Source of the DNA: a bacterium
Lineage (GTDB): Bacteria > Hinthialibacterota > Hinthialibacteria > Hinthialibacterales > Hinthialibacteraceae
Length of the DNA: 64,000 nucleotides
Assembly: GCA_041946805.1 (NCBI GenBank)
Contig: JBHGBC010000005.1
Span: 1 to 64,000 of the forward strand
Direction of reading: 5' to 3'
In this document: positions 1 to 9,239 of the stretch, one piece after another
Layout of the letters: the number at the start of each line of letters is the position of its first letter
Numbering within the stretch: position 1 is the stretch's first letter
Position numbers and translations under genes: made by a program
Notes under the pieces: generated by a model
The model's database searches: none
Seen by the model: only the letters and a program-made list of their open reading frames with translations
Told to the model about the DNA's origin: nothing

Positions 1-2529
1 GTCGATCAGCCCGTCGCCGTCGTCGTCTTGCAGGTTATAGAGTTCCTCGTCGACCAATCCGTCGCCGTCATCGTCATACCCGTTGCCGGCCGGCGTGTCG
101 TCATCGAAATACAACGCCGCCGAGTGGGAGGAAACCAGCCGGAAGAACTGGTTGTCGACGCCCAGTTCCAGGGGCAGGGCGCTCAGCACCAGCGAGTTGA
201 ACACCAAACTCCGGGGCGCGGGCAAAAAGTCGATCTGGACTTCGCCCAACACCGTGTTTTCGGAGAAGAACGTGTCAAAGAGGTTGAACTGGATCAGCTC
301 CCCGTTGTCCACCAGGTTGGCGTTCTGCCCCAAGTCCTGCGCGTCGATGCCGATCACCGCCTTGGGCGGCGAATTCTGCGACCGGTCGAACAGGACGTTG
401 TCGTTGGACGCGAACGGCCCCTCGCCGGGCAGGGTCAGGTCCCGGAACTGGAAGCGCGGCTTGGGCCGGCCGATCATCGGGGACGTGGACGGCGTGTTGG
501 GGCGGCCATACCCGATGCTGGATACCGACTTCAATGACTGCACCACGTCCGTGTTGCCCTTGGTGAACTGGTTCAGGTTCGTTCCCACCGTCACATCGTT
601 GGGACCGATGAAGGGAATGAACGAATCCAAGTTGCGCAGCTCGTCGCTCGTCCGGATGGCGAGGTAGATCTCCGGCCCGGCGTTGGCGCCCGTCCGGTCG
701 GACGGCGCGATCAGGTCGCTGATGGCGTTGTTCTTGGCCACGGGCAAGATAAAGGTGAATCCCTGCACCAACTGAAAATCGAACAGATCCTCCGAGTTCG
801 TCCGGCCGTTCTTTTCCGTGTAATCGAACAGGTACCGCATCTGGCCTTCCGTGAGTCCCAGATACGGCCGCAGGACGTTGATCATCAGGTCAAAGAAATA
901 GCAATCCTTGTCCATGATGCAATCGAGGGAGCCCAGGGGCGGGCGCGCCGCGGCGGCCTCCTTGGGCAGTTTGAGAATTCCCATCAACGCCGTCGCCAGG
1001 TTGTCGTCCCCGAACAGGAACGGCATGAATTCCTTCCCCGCCTGCCCGCCCACGCGTCCGGGCAGCAGACGTTTCAGGATGGCGTTCAACGGCGACGCGG
1101 GATCCTTGGCCGCGTCCGGCGTGATCTCGAAGGTCTCCACCGTGAACTTGTCCGTGTCCAGATTGATCAAGCGGTCCACGCCCGAGTCGTATTTCCCGGC
1201 CGTGCCACCCAATTCCCGGTACAAGAAGATGCCCCCCGCCGCGTCCGACCGCAGGGCCTGGAAGATGTCCTGCGACACCACCCGCGGCGTCACGCCGTCC
1301 GCGTAGGGCGGCCGCGGGCCGTACGGCACATAACTGGTGATGTGGGATGACGGATCGTCCGCTCCGATCATGAACGCCGGGCGCGGAAAGCCGAACAGAT
1401 CCAGCGGCATGGTCAGGGGCATGACCGTTTTGCCGTCTCCCGGCGCCAGGGTGGTCAGCAGCTGGCCCGTATTGAAATCCACCGGAACATTGTAAAACCA
1501 AGGGCTGTAGAAGAAGGTGGGGAACTGGCTGGATTGCATGATCATCCCGCTCTGCAGCGTGGCTTCCACGCCCGCCGAACGGACGCCCATATATTCTGTT
1601 TGCGTCATGTTGGCCATGAGCCGGGCCACCGCGCCCAGGTTCACGCCGATCCAGTTCACCCGCAGTTCCTCCAGAAAATATTCCTGGTCCGGACGGCCGA
1701 TCAGGTCGATCCCCAGCACGGGCGTCGGCTCCGAACCGGCGTCGATCCGGTTGGAGTTGTCCATGTCCGACACCACGCTGGAGATCGTCACGATATCGCC
1801 CTCGAAGAGCGCGGGCTTCGTGAATTCCACGTTCTGGCCGCCGAACGCCGCTCCCGGAAAGCGGTCATCGTAGAGCGTGTCCTTCGGCAGGGGCTGGCGC
1901 AGGTCGCGGATCTTGATCCCGTTGGCGGGGATGCTGACCTCGAACCGGTCCCCCTGCAGCAACTCCAGGCTGGTCCGCGCCACCAGGTAAAAATCCGCGA
2001 ACTGATCCCGGAAAAACGGCAACTGCACATTCTGGCTGCCCGCCCGCGGCGTGAACGTCACCGTGAACTTCCCCGCCACCACGGGGTCGGCCTCCACCAC
2101 CGGCCGCACCAGCAGATCGATGGGCAAATCGCTGCTCTGGTCGCCCACCGCGTAGTTGAATCCCCGCATCGCCCCGCTCTCCTTGAAGAGCGCCAGGCCG
2201 CTGGACAGGGCCGAGGCCGACAAGGCCAGAAAATCCTCGTTCACGTTCAAGCCCAACCGTCCCGTGGTCCGGTCCTCGAATGTGACTTTCAACTCCGCCA
2301 GCTCCTGGAACCGGATCTGGGGAGGCTGATTCGGCTCGTTGAAGGGATAAACGGAGAGAGGAAATTCCAAAAGCGCTACCCGCGAGGAAAGCGGCGGGAT
2401 GCCCACGGGAATCACTTCCGTGCCCGTGTCCTGGGCGGACGCCGGGATCCCGTTGGAACCCAGGATCGATAGCAGGCTGATGAGACCGATCATGACACAC
2501 GATGGGAAATTTCTGCACGCGCTTTTCAT
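1..2529 (-). CDS. Large secreted protein (over 843 aa, runs off the window's left edge) with Asp-rich DDDGDGLxD(E) putative Ca-binding motifs
   Basis: Not in the ORF track because it has no stop in the window. Manual translation: ATG at 2529 after a GAGGAG RBS, MKSACRNFPSCVMIGLISLLSILGSNGIPASAQD (signal peptide), open to base 1, ending DDDTPAGNGYDDDGDGLVDEELYNLQDDDGDGLID. Confidence 0.85.
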   Translation of the reverse strand, partial: MKSACRNFPSCVMIGLISLLSILGSNGIPASAQDTGTEVIPVGIPPLSSRVALLEFPLSVYPFNEPNQPPQIRFQELAELKVTFEDRTTGRLGLNVNEDFLALSASALSSGLALFKESGAMRGFNYAVGDQSSDLPIDLLVRPVVEADPVVAGKFTVTFTPRAGSQNVQLPFFRDQFADFYLVARTSLELLQGDRFEVSIPANGIKIRDLRQPLPKDTLYDDRFPGAAFGGQNVEFTKPALFEGDIVTISSVVSDMDNSNRIDAGSEPTPVLGIDLIGRPDQEYFLEELRVNWIGVNLGAVARLMANMTQTEYMGVRSAGVEATLQSGMIMQSSQFPTFFYSPWFYNVPVDFNTGQLLTTLAPGDGKTVMPLTMPLDLFGFPRPAFMIGADDPSSHITSYVPYGPRPPYADGVTPRVVSQDIFQALRSDAAGGIFLYRELGGTAGKYDSGVDRLINLDTDKFTVETFEITPDAAKDPASPLNAILKRLLPGRVGGQAGKEFMPFLFGDDNLATALMGILKLPKEAAAARPPLGSLDCIMDKDCYFFDLMINVLRPYLGLTEGQMRYLFDYTEKNGRTNSEDLFDFQLVQGFTFILPVAKNNAISDLIAPSDRTGANAGPEIYLAIRTSDELRNLDSFIPFIGPNDVTVGTNLNQFTKGNTDVVQSLKSVSSIGYGRPNTPSTSPMIGRPKPRFQFRDLTLPGEGPFASNDNVLFDRSQNSPPKAVIGIDAQDLGQNANLVDNGELIQFNLFDTFFSENTVLGEVQIDFLPAPRSLVFNSLVLSALPLELGVDNQFFRLVSSHSAALYFDDDTPAGNGYDDDGDGLVDEELYNLQDDDGDGLID

Positions 2530-2866
2530 ATGGCTCCTCTTGAACAATCCTTGCCCCTTGGGGAATTAGGATTTTGACCTAAATGTAGCTTGACCGCCCA
2601 GCTGGGGAGGGTCATTCCTCGACTTCGGGAATTTCTCTACTATCTTTCAGATGACTATTCTCTTTCCGATGACTATCCCATGTCCGCACCCCGCCACCGG
2701 ACCGCGCGGGGGACATCCGCCTTCCGCCGGACCGCTTGGGAAAGCGGCGTTCCCCTCTGATAACATCGCGCTTGCCCGGCGATCGTTTCCCCGGCCGGAC
2801 CGATTCGCATTCCCGCCGGTTTTTCAAATCTTTTTCAAACCGTTACCCGATGGCGCGTCGATCGTA

Positions 2867-2896
2867 AATATATAATATACAGATGAAAAGTGTCAA
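2867..2896 (-). promoter_or_regulatory. Putative sigma70 promoter for the large secreted protein gene
   Basis: TTGACA-N18-TATATT on the minus strand in an AT-rich patch. Confidence 0.5.
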
Positions 2897-3099
2897 GTTG
2901 CACCGGGGAAGCCCCTTCCCCGCCGCTTTTTCTTTCATTCCGGCCGTCTCCAAGTATATTATCCTGAACACCAAAGCCTTTTTTCAGGTTTTTTCCGGTT
3001 CATCCGCCCAGGACCGACCGGTTGTTCTGGATCACTCGGATTCCACGCCACTCCGGCCCGTTTCCCTACAGGCTGGTTGGGAAGGCCGGTCTCAAAAAT

Positions 3100-3132
3100 C
3101 CCCTCTCCCCCTGGGAGAGGGTTCGGGTGAGG
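3100..3132 (+). repeat. REP-like palindromic repeat, family A (CCCTCTCCCnnnGGGAGAGGG-n-GGGTGAGGG)
   Basis: Other copies at about 13044, 23101, 24378, 25229, 33309, 39406, 41670, 44572, 50166 (partial) and 62209; inverted copies at 28426 and 48508. Confidence 0.85.
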
Positions 3133-3337
3133 AAATCCGGCCGGATCACGAGATGGGGATGGACAAGCGCGCTCTCCGGCCCGTCCATTCCACCCGGAAG
3201 CAACAGAATAATGAGGTTCCACCCCGCGCTGAAGCTCCACTCCACGTAAAATAAATAATGTTACATATAACGGCGGTTGCTTTAGAACCAAAAAAATCAA
3301 TCCATTGAACGGGTTATACCTTACCGCGAATTTTGGC

Positions 3338-3366
3338 TTGACATCTCCCGGATCGGACCGTAATCT
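3338..3366 (+). promoter_or_regulatory. Putative sigma70 promoter for the pyrG operon
   Basis: TTGACA-N17-TAATCT. Confidence 0.55.
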
Positions 3367-3593
3367 GAAAGGGGAGATCCATGGGAGGGGGTTCCGGGAT
3401 TCCATTTTCCCACTCCGGTTAGAATCCCGTCCGGTGGGAACCTTTGCCGTTTCATCCGGTGGTCCTCACCCCACCGGCATGTCCGGTGAAGTCCGCCCGG
3501 GATTCCGGAAAGACGAATCTCTCCCGCGCCGCCGGTCCCGGACCGAGGAATGAAGAATACTCGCCAAAGACGGTTTGCGAAAGTGAGATTTCC

Positions 3594-5231
3594 TTGAATC
3601 CATCCACGCGTTTCATCTTCGTCACGGGCGGAGTCTGCTCATCCCTCGGCAAAGGGGTGGCCTGCGCGTCCATCGGCTGCCTGCTGGAAGCCCGGGGTTA
3701 TTCGGTGATCCTGCAAAAGCTGGATCCCTACATCAATGTGGATCCCGGGACCATGAGTCCCTACCAGCACGGGGAGGTCTACGTGACCGAGGACGGCGCC
3801 GAAACCGACCTGGATCTCGGCTATTATGAACGCTTCACCCACGCCACCATCACCCGCAAGTGCAGCGTCTCCACCGGCCAGATCTACGACGCCGTGATCA
3901 AGCGCGAACGCAAGGGCGGCTACCTGGGCAAAACCGTCCAACTCATCCCCCACATCACCGACGAAATCAAACGCCGCGTCGCCGAAGTCTCCGAGGACGG
4001 CGGCGCCGGCTTCCAGATCTGCGAAATCGGCGGCACCGTGGGCGACATCGAGGGCTACCCCTTTCTGGAAGCCATCCGCCAGATCGGCTGGGAACTCGGT
4101 CCCCAGCGGGTGCTCTTCATCCACCTCACTCTCGTCCCCCTCATCACCGTGGCCGGCGAGGTGAAGACCAAGCCCACGCAGCACAGCGTCAACAAACTGC
4201 GCGAAATCGGCATCCAGCCCTCCATCCTCCTCTGCCGCACCTCGGTCCCCCTCACCCGGGAAATGAAGGAAAAAATCGCGCTGTTCTGCAACATCCCGCC
4301 CCAGGCGGTGGTCAGCGCCCGCGACATCCAGACCACCATCTACGAAATCCCCCTCGCCTACCGCGAGGAAGGGCTCGACGACCTGGTGGTCAAGCACTTC
4401 GGCCTTAACGGGGGCGAACCCGATCTGCGGGAATGGAAAAAAATCGTTTCCATGATCAAAAATCCGCCCCGCGGGCCGGTGAAGATCGGCGTGGTCGGCA
4501 AATACATCCGCCTCCAGGACGCCTACCGCTCCCTTTACGACGCGATCATCCACGGCGGCCTGGCCAACAAGGCGGGGATCGTCATCTGCCCCATCCACGC
4601 CGAGGAAGTGGAAAAGAAGGGGGCCCGGGAACTGCTCGAGGGCATGGACGGCGTTCTGGTCCCCTGGGGCTTCGGCAAGCGCGGCATCGAGGGCAAAATC
4701 GCCGCCATTCAATACACCCGCGAACAACGCATCCCCTTCTTCGGCGTCTGCCTGGGAATGCAGTGCAGTGTGGTGGAATTCGCCCGGAACATCCTGGGCA
4801 TGAAAGATGCCTCCAGCACCGAATTCGATCCCGACACCCCCGACCCGGTCATCAGCCTCATGGACGAACAGCGCAAGGTCGTCGACAAGGGGGGAACCAT
4901 GCGCCTGGGCGCATACCCCTGCCTGCTGAAAAAAAGCACCAAGGCCCACGAGGCCTACGGCGGCGGCGAGGTCTACGAACGCCACCGCCACCGCTGGGAA
5001 TTCAACAATCAGTACCTCGCCGCCTTCGAACAGCAGGGCTTCATCGTCAGCGGCACCTCGCCCGACGGCCACCTGGTCGAAATCGTGGAACTGAAGGAGC
5101 ATCCCTGGTTTCTCGGCTGCCAGTTCCATCCCGAACTCAAATCCCGGCCCCGCGCCCCCCATCCCCTCTTCAAGGCTTTCATCCGCGCCGCCTTGGAGTA
5201 CCATGAACGCATCTCCCCGGACGGCGCCTGA
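3594..5231 (+). CDS. pyrG: CTP synthase
   Basis: FIFVTGGVCSSLGKG, KLDPYINVDPGTMSPYQHGEV, KTKPTQHSV, glutaminase GVCLGMQ and QFHPE. TTG start at 3594 inferred from family length. Confidence 0.97.
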   Translation: MNPSTRFIFVTGGVCSSLGKGVACASIGCLLEARGYSVILQKLDPYINVDPGTMSPYQHGEVYVTEDGAETDLDLGYYERFTHATITRKCSVSTGQIYDAVIKRERKGGYLGKTVQLIPHITDEIKRRVAEVSEDGGAGFQICEIGGTVGDIEGYPFLEAIRQIGWELGPQRVLFIHLTLVPLITVAGEVKTKPTQHSVNKLREIGIQPSILLCRTSVPLTREMKEKIALFCNIPPQAVVSARDIQTTIYEIPLAYREEGLDDLVVKHFGLNGGEPDLREWKKIVSMIKNPPRGPVKIGVVGKYIRLQDAYRSLYDAIIHGGLANKAGIVICPIHAEEVEKKGARELLEGMDGVLVPWGFGKRGIEGKIAAIQYTREQRIPFFGVCLGMQCSVVEFARNILGMKDASSTEFDPDTPDPVISLMDEQRKVVDKGGTMRLGAYPCLLKKSTKAHEAYGGGEVYERHRHRWEFNNQYLAAFEQQGFIVSGTSPDGHLVEIVELKEHPWFLGCQFHPELKSRPRAPHPLFKAFIRAALEYHERISPDGA

Positions 5232-5261
5232 CGCCCCGGTGGAATCCTGGAATCCGGTCCC

Positions 5262-5930
5262 ATGATCGCGTTGCGCCCGTCGCCCCTGGCTGCCCGGCTC
5301 CCGGCCGCTCTCCGGGATTCCCAACGGGTGAAAAGCATCCTGTGGCCCGTGATCTTCTGGAGCTGGGTGGCCGGCGTCTCGCTCTGGATCGACGCCATCG
5401 CCGTGGAGGAAGTCCCAATCCTCACGTCCGAGAACAAGTTCGGCCGCATCGTCTTCCAGGATTTCTCGTTCGATCAGACCAATCCCGACAACTCCGGCGT
5501 GCTTCTGACCGCGCCGCGGGCCTTCTACGACAGCGAAACGGGAACCTTGGCGATCGATCATCCCCAGATCCAATGGAAAGATCCCGCCCGCGGCGTGGTC
5601 TTCTCCGCCACCGCCGACACAGGTGAATTCAAGGCCCGCACCACCCAATCCGCCCTCCCCGCCGCGTTTCAATACCTCGACCTGCGCGGCCACGCCGGCG
5701 CGGTTTTTCAGACCAACCGGGTTGACTCCGGGCGGATGCTATTTGACAATGAGAACTGTCTGTTCATCTTTCCCGAACCCTTTCTCTTCCAGGGGGAAAA
5801 AGTGAACAGCCGGCTCAAGGAAATGTACTACAATCCGTTCAGCCAAAAGCTGGACTTGATCTCCAAGGTCCCGAAACTCAATCCGGCCTTGAAAAAAGCG
5901 CTCTCCGACGAGGTTCAAACAAAACCATGA
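5262..5930 (+). CDS. Membrane-anchored periplasmic protein, possibly LptC-like
   Basis: N-terminal hydrophobic segment followed by a beta-rich region (LTAPRAFYD...IDHPQIQW). Lies right after pyrG, as in pyrG-kdsA-lptCAB operons. Start could be GTG 5328. Confidence 0.45.
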   Translation: MIALRPSPLAARLPAALRDSQRVKSILWPVIFWSWVAGVSLWIDAIAVEEVPILTSENKFGRIVFQDFSFDQTNPDNSGVLLTAPRAFYDSETGTLAIDHPQIQWKDPARGVVFSATADTGEFKARTTQSALPAAFQYLDLRGHAGAVFQTNRVDSGRMLFDNENCLFIFPEPFLFQGEKVNSRLKEMYYNPFSQKLDLISKVPKLNPALKKALSDEVQTKP

Positions 5931-6547
5931 TGCATTCCCCTCGCGCGATTCCTTTCCCGGCCCTGGCGGCGCTCCTCCTCCTGGGATGGGCGGCCCCCGC
6001 CTTCCCCCAAGAGTTCATCACCCCCAGCGGCACCAAGGTCACTTTTGAAAATTCGAACCACAGCATCGAAAACCTGATGTCCGACACGCCGACAGTCATC
6101 GCCACGCCCGCCGAAGGCGCCGCCGTGGCCACCGCCATCGTGGAACAAGGCACCCAGGTCACCCGCTTCTCCGCCCGGAAAATCACCTTCACGTACCAGG
6201 TGGAGGACTTTACCCTCGAAGGCGAGGGCAAAATCGCCTGGGATTCCGAAGAACTCTACGGACCGGTCAAAATCCAGTTCACCGCCGCCACCAATGTCAT
6301 GTCCCTCTTCGGCGCCAAGGCCAAACCCGCCTCCGTCCACTACACCCTGGCGAACGGCACGGTGTACAAGACTAAGGCCGAACGGGTGGACATCCAATTC
6401 AAATTGGACAACGGCAAACGCGTCCCCACCCGCATCGAAACCCAGGGCGGCAACGAGGAAACCGTCATCCTCATGCCCAAGTCGAAATCCAAGCCGAAAT
6501 CCTCCACGCTTCCCGGACCCAAACTATCGCCGCCCACGAAAGGGTGA
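5927..6547 (+). CDS. Secreted beta-rich protein, possibly LptA/OstA-like
   Basis: Signal peptide (AAPAFP-QE), ATGA overlap with the upstream gene, segment FSARKITFTYQVEDFTLEGEGKI resembling OstA beta-jellyroll repeats. Confidence 0.45.
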   Translation: MMHSPRAIPFPALAALLLLGWAAPAFPQEFITPSGTKVTFENSNHSIENLMSDTPTVIATPAEGAAVATAIVEQGTQVTRFSARKITFTYQVEDFTLEGEGKIAWDSEELYGPVKIQFTAATNVMSLFGAKAKPASVHYTLANGTVYKTKAERVDIQFKLDNGKRVPTRIETQGGNEETVILMPKSKSKPKSSTLPGPKLSPPTKG

Positions 6548-7842
6548 TCCGCGTTGGTTCCCATTCAATCACGGAGTACAGCCTCTTGAATTCTTCACCC
6601 GCCGCCTCCCGCTCCGATGCCGTTTGGCCATTTCTCCGCGCCTTGTATCCGGAATGGCTCGAAAGAGTCCGGCCCTCTCTCGAGGCCCATCTGGAACAGG
6701 AGGCCCGGCCCTCCCCGGATGGAACTTCCCTGCCGGATGACCCCGCCACCCCCGGGGAACAGCTGCGAGTGATGACCTCGCTCCCCCGGCGCTCCATTCC
6801 CGCCTTCCTGGAACACCCCGTGGCGGTGATCCTGGCCGGCGGCAAGGGCACCCGCATGGCCGTCGCGGAACGGCAAAAAGCCCTCTGCCCCATCCTGGGC
6901 CGTCCCGCCCTGGCGCGCACCCTCGAGACCTGCCGCGCCTTCGGCATCCGGCACTTCATCCTGATCGTGGGCTACGGCTACCAGGAAGTGCTGCGGCACG
7001 TGGGTTCCGGCGATCCGGGCATCACCTTCCTCTACCAGGAACAGCAGCTCGGCACCGGCCACGCCGCCCGCCTGGCGGCCCGCTACCTGCAAACGCAAGG
7101 CTATCGCGGCGACGTCCTGGTGGTCATGGGCGACAAATTCATCACCCGCCGCGGATTCGCCCGCCTGCTGCGCGACCACGCCGCGCGGCGGCCGCACCTC
7201 ACCATTTCCACCGCCTCCAAGCGCGCCTGGCCCGACTCCGGCCGCGTGCTGATGGACGCCGGGGGACAGATCCAGGCCATCATCGAAAAACCCGACCTGG
7301 TCCAAAGCCGGCTGCTATGGGATTTCTATCACTGGCCCGGGGATCCCGTTCCCAGCCAAGCCCTGACCGACCTCGCCCTGCGGTATTGGAACCGGCCCGA
7401 AAAATGGAAAAAAATCCTCGGGCCCGCGTTTTGGGAGGCGCTGCAAACCCAGCCGGCCATCCCCAAAAACTGCGGCCTGCTTCCCAAACCGGAAGACGCG
7501 CTGAGCTTCGAAATCACCCCCTCCCTCCGGATAAGCGGCGAGGATATCGAAGAGCAATGCGATCAGGTCAACATTTCGGTCTATATCTTCCAATCCGCCC
7601 CCTTTTATCAAACCATGGAACGGCTGCATCCCAATAACGCCCAGGGGGAACTGTACCTGACCGACGCGGTTCAGGAACTGACCCGCCAATGCCATTCCCA
7701 GGGCTATTGCGTTCTCGCCTCCGCCATGCCCCACGATTACGACATCATGGGTTTCAACACGCGGGAGGAACTCGACTTCATCGAACGCTCCATCCAGGAA
7801 AAAGGCTTGCTGGATGAGGATGAAACCGGTCCGCGGCCCTGA
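6544..7842 (+). CDS. Sugar-phosphate nucleotidyltransferase (GlmU N-terminal-like), no acetyltransferase domain
   Basis: VILAGGKGTRM, QEQQLGTGHA, IIEKPD, NNAQGELYLTD and GFN motifs; no hexapeptide repeats. Confidence 0.8.
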   Translation: MIRVGSHSITEYSLLNSSPAASRSDAVWPFLRALYPEWLERVRPSLEAHLEQEARPSPDGTSLPDDPATPGEQLRVMTSLPRRSIPAFLEHPVAVILAGGKGTRMAVAERQKALCPILGRPALARTLETCRAFGIRHFILIVGYGYQEVLRHVGSGDPGITFLYQEQQLGTGHAARLAARYLQTQGYRGDVLVVMGDKFITRRGFARLLRDHAARRPHLTISTASKRAWPDSGRVLMDAGGQIQAIIEKPDLVQSRLLWDFYHWPGDPVPSQALTDLALRYWNRPEKWKKILGPAFWEALQTQPAIPKNCGLLPKPEDALSFEITPSLRISGEDIEEQCDQVNISVYIFQSAPFYQTMERLHPNNAQGELYLTDAVQELTRQCHSQGYCVLASAMPHDYDIMGFNTREELDFIERSIQEKGLLDEDETGPRP

Positions 7843-7904
7843 ATCGGGGCTTTAACCGAGGGGAGACGGAGAGCCCGATAGAACGGGCGGCAGCAGCTGA
7901 GCAG

Positions 7905-8481
7905 CCGCCGTAGGTTAAAACCTACGGCTACTCAATTGGATCCCCTGCGGGATGAAAAGCTTATATCGGTTCAGGGCTTCTGGGTAAATTTCAACCATCT
8001 GGGAGAGTACCGGGGTGAGGGGGGCTTTGTGGCCCGGGCATTTTGCCTGCGTACGCCCATCCCGAAGGGATGGTATGGGATTTTTGTGGTGCAGGCATCT
8101 TGCCTGCGTACGCCCATCCGAAGGGATGGAATGTGAATAGCCGGGGGTGACAACCCCCGGTACCGTTCAATACGGTATCGACCCCGCCGGGGTCGAATGG
8201 GGTATTCAACCCCGGCGGGGTTGGAATTGATGCTTCACGCCACCGTAGGCTACCGCCTACGGCTATTCACCTTCATCCCCTGCGGGGATGGCAATTTCCC
8301 CCCTCTCCCCCCTCGCGCGAGCGTCCCCGGGGGTGTGTGCCGCAACCCCTTTCCCTCCTCCTCCACGCCCCTTTCAAGGGGCGCTTCCACCAACCCCGAA
8401 TTCAAACGGGAACCCCCTTGTCCCATTACATTTTTTAAACTAGCCCAGGGTTTTAACCCTGGGATTACCAACCCTGGGCTA
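7905..8481. repeat. Stack of several REP/MITE-like palindromic elements between convergent genes
   Basis: Two tandem GTGG..GGCAT.TTGCCTGCGTACGCCCATCC units; an element of about 175 bp with inverted arms GTGAATAGCCG...CGGCTATTCAC and internal hairpins; a TAGCCCAGGGTTTTAACCCTGGG hairpin at 8441. Confidence 0.8.
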
Positions 8482-8528
8482 ATCCTTGGTAACCAACAAC
8501 CGCCTCAATTTCCGCCCTCCATCCTGAT

Positions 8529-9068
8529 TCAATCAACCGGCTCCCCCGCCCCCTTTCTCGCCTCCTGAATCCTCCGGAACACCTCGTCCAACCGCTCCCC
8601 CCAGCCGGCGTACCGGATGACGTTCCTCTGCTCCTCTGCCGGCAGCGGAACGTACTTCCCTTCCCCCGCGCACAGCACCGCGCCGTCCCCGCGCTCGACG
8701 GCGCCCCGCGCGAGGATCAGACGCTTCTTGTCCGCCACCAGCTCGCCATAAGCCAGCAGCGGTTCCCCTTCGCGCGCGGAGGTCTTATACCGGACCGCCA
8801 ATTCCGCCGCCACACACATGATGGGACGCGACACGACCGCCGCCCACCCCATGGTTTCGTCCAGCAGCGCCGCCAGAATGCCGCCGTGCACCACGTCCCG
8901 GTAGCCCGCGTGCTCCTTCCTGGGTGTGAAGGTGGTCTCGATGCGCCCGTTGCGGTAGTAAAACGTCACGTCCAGGCCGATGGCGTTGTTCCGGCCGCAC
9001 ACGAAACACTCCGAATACCGCGGCAAGGCGATGGGATCCGCGGCCGCCCGGGATGATGACTGCGGCAT
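8529..9068 (-). CDS. PaaI-family (hotdog fold) thioesterase
   Basis: CFVCG..NAIGL and HGGILAALLDETMG motifs. Confidence 0.9.
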   Translation of the reverse strand: MPQSSSRAAADPIALPRYSECFVCGRNNAIGLDVTFYYRNGRIETTFTPRKEHAGYRDVVHGGILAALLDETMGWAAVVSRPIMCVAAELAVRYKTSAREGEPLLAYGELVADKKRLILARGAVERGDGAVLCAGEGKYVPLPAEEQRNVIRYAGWGERLDEVFRRIQEARKGAGEPVD

Positions 9069-9239
9069 GATTTTTTATCCTCTGATTTCCTGAATAGGGT
9101 TTTGTGCGCGTCATTCCGTTTTCTTGCATTGCGTTCGGGATTGTATTATAAAACGGAAGACGGGGTGAATCCCGAAGCGCTTGGCGTGGCGAAAATGACA
9201 ATCGGCCTTTCCACCGTGGATTGAGAGAGGATCCTTCTC

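Noticed and set aside
3367..3593. pyrG reiterative-transcription attenuator
   Set aside because: A G-run lies near the predicted start, but no clear terminator with a U-tract was seen in the leader.
8029..8130. Tandem repeat units as a possible CRISPR array
   Set aside because: Only two units, no unique regularly sized spacers and no cas genes; the same motif is dispersed elsewhere as a REP.
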